From: Hyalangium minutum
GTDB taxonomy: Bacteria; Myxococcota; Myxococcia; Myxococcales; Myxococcaceae
Assembly (NCBI RefSeq): GCF_000737315.1
Contig: NZ_JMCB01000004.1
Coordinates: 206,001-268,000, forward strand
Length of the DNA stretch: 62,000 bases
Direction of reading: 5' to 3'
Position numbers and translations under genes: made by a program. The notes under the pieces were generated by a model. That model ran no database searches. It worked only from the letters and a program-made list of their open reading frames with translations, and was not told where the DNA came from. Positions 40,601 through 49,600 of this stretch are shown here, one piece after another (the first letter of the stretch is position 1; the number at the start of each line of letters is the position of its first letter).

Positions 40601-43600
40601 GGATCGGGGTCGAGGAGGACTTCTTCGCGCTGGGCGGTCACTCGCTCAAGGCGACCCAGGTCATCGCCCGCGCTCGCGAGGCCTTCGGCATCGACCTGCC
40701 GGTGCGGGCGATCTTCGAGCGAAGGACGATCGCGCTGCTGGCCGAGGCGGTCGCCGGGCATGGCGCCTCCTCGGAGCCGATCCCTCGCCTCGAGCAGTCG
40801 GGCGACGGGCCCCTGTCTCCGGGGCAGGAGAGCCTCTGGTTCATCGATGCGTTGGGCGGTAACACCGAGGCGTACAATGTGCCGCTCGTGATCCGGCTCA
40901 CCGGCACGCTCGACACCGCCGCCGTCGCCCGGGCGCTCGCGCTCCTCGTCGAGCGCCATGAGGTGCTGCGCACCACCTTCCACGAGCGCGCGGGCGTTCC
41001 CGTCCAGAGGATCGGGCCGTCTCCTGCCTCCGTGCTCTCGTCCGAGGACGTCACCCCCGAGCTCCTCGAGCGGCGGATCTCCGAGGAGATCACCACGCCC
41101 TTCTCGCTGACGACGGGGCCGTTGTTCCGGGCCCGGCTCTTCCGGCAGGCGCCCGACACGCACACCCTCGTCATCAACCAGCACCACATCATCGTGGATG
41201 CCTGGTCGGTCAGTGTCCTGCTCCGCGAGTTCTGCATCGCATACGCCGCGTTCGCGAGCGGCGAGCGGCCGGAGCTGCCGGAGCTGCCGAACCGCTACAC
41301 CGACTGGGTCGCCTGGCAGAACCAGCGCCTCGTGGCCGGCCGGCTCGAGGAGGGCCTTGCCTACTGGAGACAGACCCTGAAGGGTGCTCCCCAGGTGCTC
41401 ACGCTCCCGGGAGATCGTCCTCGCCCCACACGCCAGAGCTTCCGTGGGAAGACCCTGTCCTTCGCCCTCGAGGGCTCGATCGGCCGCCGCCTCGAGGCGC
41501 TCTCCCGAGGCTCGGGCGCATCGCTGTTCATGACGCTCCTCAGCGCCTTCGCTGCATACCTCGGCCGGCTCAGCGGCCAGGATGAGATCGTGATTGGCTC
41601 GCCCACGGCCAACCGGGACCGGCGCGAGACGGAGGGCATGGTCGGCTACTTCCTCAACACGATCGCTCTCCGCATCGATCTCTCCGAAGATCCGCCCTTC
41701 ACGGAACTCCTCCAGCGCGTGCGCAAGGCGGCGCTCGACGGCTATTCGTACCAGGACATCCCCTTCGAGAAGGTGGTCGCGGCGCTCGAGCTGCCTCGAG
41801 CCCTGTCGCACAACCCCTTGTTCCAGGTGATGTTCTCCCTCCAGGGACAGAGCGGAGGCGAGATCCAGCTTCCGGGAGTCCGCGCCACCCTGCCCACCAC
41901 CGAGAGCCCGACGTCGAAGTTCGATCTCACGCTCTTCGTCGAGCCTCGGGAGGACTCCTTCGCGTGCCTCCTCGAGTACAACACCGACATCTTCGACGAG
42001 GATCGGATCCGCCGGATGGCCACGCACCTCGTCCGGGTGCTCGAGGCCGTGGCCGAGGAGCCTGAGCTGCGCGTCTCGGAGGTCCCCCTGCTTGCCCCCG
42101 AGGAGCGGCAACTGATCGCACAGCTCGCCCAGCCGGGGCGCCTGGACGACAGCCGGACCTTGCTGGAGCTGTTCGAGCGGCAGGTCGAGAAGACGCCCGA
42201 GGCCGCCGCGCTCGAGCACCGCGGCGACGTGAGGACCTACCGTCAGCTCAGCCAGGAGGCCGAGGCCCTCGCGGTTCGACTCGCCGCCCTGGGGGCCGGC
42301 CCGGACGTCCGGGTCGCCATCTGCCTGGAGCGTTCGATCACGGCCCTGGTCTCCGTCCTCGCGGTCCTCAAGGCCGGTGCCACGTATGTCCCGCTCGAGC
42401 CCTCCGAGCCTCCCGAGCGTCTGCAGGCCATCCTCGGGGACGCGAAGGCCCGAGTCCTCATCGCGGAGAAGAAGTACCGCGACCTGAACCTACCGCCCGG
42501 CGTCGAGTTCCTCTGGATGGATGGCGGCGGAGCCCCCGCGGTGAAGGCCCCGCGGCCCAGGACGGCGTCCCACCACCTCGCCTGCGTCCTCTACGCCTCG
42601 GGATCGGGTGGCGAGCCCAAGGGCGTCGCCATGCCGCACCGGGCGCTGCTCAACCTGACCGCCTGGCACACCGCGCAGCCCCGCCCCTTGCGGACGCTCC
42701 AGTACGGCCTGCTCAACACCGGAGCCTCGCTCCAGGAGATCTTTTCGACCTGGTGCTCGGGAGGCACGCTGGTGCTTGCCGGTGATGCGAATCGGCTCGC
42801 TCCTCGCGCGCTCGTCCAACTCCTCGAAGAGGCCCGCATCCAGCGCCTCTTCCTCCCCGCGGGAGCGCTCCACCCCCTCGCGCGTGAGGCCGTGAACACC
42901 CACCGGCCGTTGCCAGACCTGGAGGAGATCATCGCCGCGGGCGAGCAGCTCCGCATCACCGATCCGATCCGCCAATGGTTCGTGGCCAGCAAGAAGAGGC
43001 TTCGCTGCCAGTACTCCGTCGCGGAGGCCTACGTCGTCGCGGCGCATGAGCTCACCGGCAGCCCCGAGAGCTGGCCGGGGCTCCCCCCCATTGGCCGGCC
43101 GATCCCCAACACGGCCATCTACTTGCTGGATACCGACCAGCGCTCAGTCCCCGTCGGCGTCCCGGGAGAGATCTATGTCTCCGGGGCCTGCCTTGCCGAT
43201 GGCTACCTGTTGCGGCCGGAGCTCACTGCGGAGCGCTTCCTCGAGCTCAGCGTCGATCCTCCCGTGCGCGCGTTCCAGACGGGCGATCTCGGGCGGCTGC
43301 GCCGGGACGGGACGGTGGAGTTCCTCGGGCGCGCTGACGGCCAGATCCTCGTCCGCGGCATTCGCGTCGAGCCCGGTGAGGTCGAGCGTGCGCTCTGCGC
43401 TCACCCCAGCATCCTGGATGCGGTGGCTGTGGCCGCCGGAGACCCCACGCGAGCGCAACGGCTCGTCGCCTATGTCACACCCGAGACCGTGCGGATCGAC
43501 GAGCTGCCCGCGTTCCTCTCGGAGCGAGTCCCCGAGTACATGGTGCCCTCGCAGTTCGTGGCGCTCCCCGAGCTGCCCCGAACGCCGGGAGGCAAGCTGG

Positions 43601-46600
43601 ATCGCCGCGCACTCCCCGCGCCGGGGAGGGGAGAGGCCGCCACCGGGCCTCGCACGCCCATGGAGGAGCTCGTCGCCCAGGCCTTCGAGCAGGTCCTGTG
43701 GCGGAGCCCCGTGGGCCTCCACGAGGACTTCTTCCAGATCGGAGGCAACCCCCGCCTGGCGTTGCAGGCCGTCGAGCGCATCAGCGCCGCTGTGAACGCG
43801 GAGGTCCGGCTGTCGGATCTCCTCAAGAACCCTGCCGTTGCTTCCCTGAGCCGCGTGATCAGCGAGCGCCAGGGTCGCAGGGCGCCGTCTCCCGCCGGGC
43901 TCGAGCTTGCTCCGGAGAGTGCTCGCGCGGCCTTGTCGTTCGCGCAAGAGCGGCTCTGGTTCCTGGAGCAGCTCTACCCGGGCACCGCGGTGCACCATCT
44001 CTCCATGGCGCTCCGGCTGAAGGGCGCGCTGGATACGGGCGCGCTCATCGAGAGCCTGGCCGGGATCATCCAGCGGCATCCGGTGCTGGGCATGCGCTTC
44101 ATCGAGCGGGACGGCCGTGTCTGGCAGGAGCCTCGGGCGCAGGGCGAAGTGCCCTTCGAGCTGGCCGTGCCCGGCCCTGTCTCGGCCACGGAGCTTCGCC
44201 GGCTGCTCGTGGAGGAGGCGGCGCGTCCCTTTGATCTGGCCAACGGTCCGCTCTTCCGTGCACGGCTCTTCCGGATCGAAGACAGCGAGCACGTCCTGGT
44301 CACGACGATGCATCACGCCGTGGGCGACCCCGCGTCGCTCCGCGTCCTCTTGCGGGAGCTCTCTCAGTTCTACACCGCGCACGCCTTGGGCCGGCCCGCC
44401 CAGCTCCCCGCGCTGGCCTCGGACTTCCTGAGCCACGCGCGCGAGCAGCGGCGCTCACTCCAGGGTGAGGCGCTGGAGGAGCGGCTGGGGTACTGGAAGA
44501 AGAACCTCAGCGGCGCGCCTGGGACCCTGAGCCTGCCAGCGGATCGGGTGCGGCCACCCCAGCCTGGCTTCCGGGGTGCCACGCAACGGCTCGCGCTCAG
44601 CCGCGCGGTCAGCAAGGGGCTGGAGACGCTGAGCGAGCGCCTGGAGGTGGCGGGCCTCGAGGTCCTCTTGAGCGGCTTCGCGGCCTATCTCGCGCGCATC
44701 ACAGGACAGGAGGACATCGTCATCGGCCTGCCCGTGGTCCACCGTGAGCGGGGGGAGCTCCAGCCGCTGATCGGTCGTTTCGAGGGGGCCCTGCCGATCC
44801 GCATCGATCTGTCCTCCAACCCCACCTTCGAGGAGCTCATTACCCGCGTCCACCGGGCCGCCCTCGGCGCGTACGCCCACCAGGATGTTCCGCTCGAGAA
44901 GATCGTCGAAGCCGTGGATGCCGAGCGCGATCTGAGCCAGACGCCCCTGTTCCAGGTTCTGCTCTGGCTCCAGGAGGAGGCCGAGGGCCGCGTGGCCCTC
45001 CCGGGGCTGACCCTCGAGCCGTTCAGCCTGGAGCTCGGGACCGCGAAGTTCGACCTCGCGCTCCTCTTCGAGCCTGTGGCTGGCGAGCTGACGGGCGTGA
45101 TCGAGTACAGCACGGACCTCTTCGACCCGGATCGCATCGAGCGGATGGCCGGGCACATCCTGACGGTCTTCGAAGACGCCGTGGCCTACCCTGGGAAGCG
45201 GCTCTCGGAGCTCTTGCTCCTCCCCGAGGAGGAGCGAAGGACCGTCTCCGCGCTCGCCAGGGGGCGGGTGCTGCCACCGGCCCGCGAGGTCCCTGTCCAC
45301 AAACTCGTGGAGGAGCACGCGCGGCGTGCGCCGGACTCGATCGCGCTCGAGCTGGGCGGAGCGGTGTTGACGTACGGTGAGCTGAATGAGCGGGCGAACC
45401 GCGCCGCGCATCAGCTCATCGCCCTGGGGGCGGGGCCCGAGAAGCTGGTCGCGCTGGCGGCCCCGCGCTCCTTCGAGCTCATCATCGGCCTGCTCGCGAT
45501 CTGGAAGGCGGGGGCCGCCTACGTCCCGCTCGATCTCTCGTACCCCAAGGCCCGGCTCGACACCATCTTCGAGGACTCGGGCGCCGGGCTCATCGTGAGC
45601 ACCCACGCCGCCGAGTCCCGGTGGCGCGTCCCCCACGTGCGCACGCTCTGGATCGACGAGCCCTCGAGTTCCGAGCTCAGCGGCAACCCGGACAGCGGCG
45701 TCCGCATGGAGAATGCCGCCTACGTCATCTACACGTCCGGCTCCACGGGGCAGCCGAAGGGCGTCATCCTCGAGCACCGCGGACTCGCGAATGTCATCGA
45801 GATGCAGCGGCACGAGCTGGGCGCGGACTCGAGCATCGTCATGCTCCAGTTCTCCTCGATCTCCTTCGACGTGTCGGTGTGGGAGATCGTCATGGCCCTC
45901 ACCAACGGGGGGAGGCTCGTGCTCGCCCCGGCGGACACGCTGCTCGCGGGCGAGGAGCTGGCCAAGGTGCTGATCACCCATCGGGTCACGCACATGGTGC
46001 TGCCCCCGACCTCCTATGCGGTGCTCCCCGCGGACCGTGAGTACCCCTCGCTCCGTCTCCTGCTCGCGGCGGGCGAGGCGCTCCCGCCAGAGGTCGTGAA
46101 CACGTGGGCCCGGCCCGGCGTGCAGTTCGTCAACGCGTACGGCCCGACGGAGGTGACCATCATCTGCACGCTCGGAGCGTGCAAGCAGGGGGAGTCCGGC
46201 CCGCCACCGATCGGGCGGCCTGCCTTGAACCTGGAAGGGTATGTGCTCGACAGCCACGGCGCGCTCGTCCCCATCGGCGTCCCGGGGGAGCTGCACCTCG
46301 GGGGCGTGGGGGTCGCCCGGGGCTACTTGAACCGCGAGGAGCTCACGCGGCAGAAGTTCATCCCGCATCCCTTCAAGCCCGGCGAGCGGCTGTACCGAAG
46401 CGGAGATCTGGTGCGGTGGCGCAAGGACGGCAACCTCGAGTACCTGGGACGCATCGATCACCAGGTCAAGCTCCGTGGCTACCGGATCGAGCTGGGTGAG
46501 ATCGAGTCGGTGCTCGCCACCCACCCGGGTGTCGCGAAGGCGGTGACGATCGTCTACTCCGCGGGCGCCTCGGGCGGCGTGAAGCTCCTCGTCGCCTATG

Positions 46601-49600
46601 TCGTCCCGGCCGGTCCGGTGGACGCGCACGCCATCCGCGAGCACGCCAGGAAGCGTCTCCCAGAGTTCATGGTTCCCTCCGAGATCGTCCTGCTGGAGGA
46701 TCTCCCACTCACCTCCAGCGGCAAGGTGGACAGGAAGCGCCTGCCGGCGCCGCGTCTCGAGGAGCACGCAGCGCGCGCGGCCTTCGTGGCCCCCCGCACG
46801 CCCACGGAGCAGACCCTGGCGGCGCTCTGGGAAGAGCTGCTCGAGAAGCGGCCGATTGGAACGGGGGACAACTTCTTCCAGCTCGGCGGCCACTCGCTCC
46901 TGGCAGCCCAGGTCATGAGCCGCGTGCGGAGGACGCTGGGCGTCGAGGTGCCGCTCTCCGCCATCTTCGAGCAGCCCACGCTCGCGGCGCTGGCCTCGGT
47001 GATCGCGGCCAAGGAGGCTGCACCGCAGCTCCCGCCGCTGGTGCGGCTGAAGGGGGAGGGGGATCGTCCGCTCTCGTTCGCGCAAGAGCGCCTGCGCTTC
47101 CTCGCGGAGCTCGAGGGTGACAGCGCGGCGTACAACATCCCGATCGCGCTCCGCCTGCGAGGGCAGCTCGACGAGGGCGCTCTGTCGCGAAGCCTCAGGC
47201 AGGTGGTGGAGCGCCACGAACCCCTCCGCACCCGCTTCCCGCTCGTGGAGGGCCAGCCGGTGGCCCGTCTGGTGGAGGGAGACATTCCCCTGGTCACCGA
47301 GGATCTCCGCGGCTCCGGTGCGCCGCCGCTCGACAGGCGCTTGAGGGAGGAGTCCACCCGTCCCTTTTCGCTCGAGCACGGCCCCGTCGTTCGCGCGCAC
47401 CTGTTCAAGGCCGCCGAGCAGGAGCATGTGCTCCTGGTGGTGATGCACCACATCGTGTCCGACGGCTGGTCGTTCGGCGTCATGATGCGCGAGCTCTCGG
47501 CGATCTACGCGGCGCAGGTCCGTGGAGAGACGCTGACGCTCCCGGAGCTCCCCATCCAGTACGCGGACTACGCGGCGTGGCAGCGGAGCTGGCTCGATGG
47601 TCACGTCCGTGACCAGCAGCTCGCTTATTGGCGGAGCGCCCTCGCGGGGGCCCCGGCCGTGCTGGAGCTGCCGGCGGATAGACCTCGCCCCACCGTCCGG
47701 AGCCATCGTGGCGCGGTCGAGCTCCTGGCGCTGGACCGTGACGTGACGCAAGTGCTCACCGCCCTCTGCCGTCAGGAGGGTGTGACGTCCTACATGGCGC
47801 TCCTCGCGGCTTTCGGCGCCTGGCTCGGCCGTGTGAGCGGGCAGGAGGATGTGGTCATCGGCTCGCCCTTCGCGGGCCGCCGGATTGCCGAGACAGAGCC
47901 GCTGATCGGCTTCTTCGTGAACACGCTACCGCTGCGCGTCGATCTCAGTGGTGACCCGTCCTTCCTCGAGCTCCTCCAGCGCGTGAGGCGCCAGGTGCTC
48001 GCGGCCCACGAGAACCAGGACGTCCCCTTCGAGAAGCTCGTCGAGAAGCTCAACCCGGAGCGCGTCCTGGGGACCAGCCCGATCTTCCAGGTCATGCTCG
48101 CGTTCCAGCAGGCGCAGCCGGATGGGATGGAGCTGCCGGGCCTCGAGGTCAAGCCGGTGTCCATGCTGACCGGGACCGCCAAGTTCGATCTCACCCTCTC
48201 GGTGGAAGAGACGGCGCGGGGCGTCCAGGGCTGGCTCGAGTACGACGTCGACCTGTTCGACGCCTGGCGCGTCCAGGCGATGGTGCGCCAGTTGACCGGC
48301 TTCATCGCGAGCCTCGCCGCCGCTCCGAAGGCGAGGCTCTCGGAGGCGGATCTGCTGAGCGCCGAGGAGCGCGCGAAGCTCGTCCCCAGCGCTCCCGAGG
48401 AGATGCCCCGTCTCCCGGCGGTCCATGAGGCCATCGCGGCACAGGCTCGGAAGACCCCCGCGGCCATCGCCGTCGAGGCTGAGGATGGCACGCTCAGCTA
48501 CGAGGAGCTGGAGGCTCGTGCGGGCGCCGTCGCCCATGAGCTCGTCCGGCGAGGCGTCACTCCGGGGGCGCTGGTGGCCATCGCGGTGGAGCGCTCCCTG
48601 GGGATGATGGTGGGGCTGCTGGGCATCCTGAAGGCCGGGGGCGCCTACGTCCCGCTTGACCCCGCGTATCCGCGCGAGCGGCTGGCCTTCATGCTCGAGG
48701 ACAGCGGCGCCCGGGTGGTCATCACCCAGGAGCACCTCGCGCCGATGTTCCCGGATGCCGAGGTGCTGGTCCTCGATGCGGCCCGGCAGGGTTCGTTCGA
48801 GCCGCGGAGCGGAGCGCTCGCCTACTGCCTGTTCACCTCGGGATCGACCGGTCAGCCGAAGGGCGTCCTGATCGAGCACTCGAGCCTCGCCAACCACATG
48901 GAGTGGATGAACGAGGCCCTGCCGCTGGGTCCAGAGGACCGCGTGCTCCAGCGGACGTCGCTCAGCTTCGATGCGTCGGTCTGGGAGCTGTTCGCGCCGC
49001 TGATGGTCGGGGCCCGCCTCGTGCTCGCGCCCCACGGCCTGGGCGCGGACACCGAGCACCTGGTCCGTGTGCTGCGTGAGCGCGGGATCACCGTGCTTCA
49101 GCTCGTGCCCTCACTGTTGACGGCGCTGGTGGAGGAGCCAGGGCTTGCAGGCGTCTCCACGCTCCGGCGCGTGTGCGTGGGAGGAGAGCCCCTGCCTTCG
49201 GCCACCGTGAAGAAGCTCTTCAGCGTCTGCAACGTGGAGATCTGGAACCTCTACGGGCCCACGGAGGCGACCATCGATGCGCTCGCGCACCGGTGCCGGC
49301 CAGAGGAGGTGGGGGCACACGGCGCGACCGAGCCCATCGGTCTGCCGATCCGTCGAATGAAGGCGCTGATCCTGGACGGCAGGCTTCGTCCTGTCCCGGA
49401 TGGGCTGCCCGGCGAGCTCTACCTCTCCGGGCCTGGGCTGGCGCGCGGCTACCTGAACCGGCCCGAGCTGACCGAGTCGCGCTTCATCGAGCACGCCTTC
49501 CCTGGAGGCCCGCGGCTGCGGATGTACAAGACGGGCGACATCGTCCGGCGTCAGGCGGATGGGACGCTCCTCTTCACCGGCCGTGCGGACCGGCAGGTGA

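Noticed and set aside
44455-47751. 1098-aa ORF listed on the plus strand inside mchC
   Set aside because: It lies wholly within mchC, has no domain motifs, and its composition is that of a GC-bias shadow frame.
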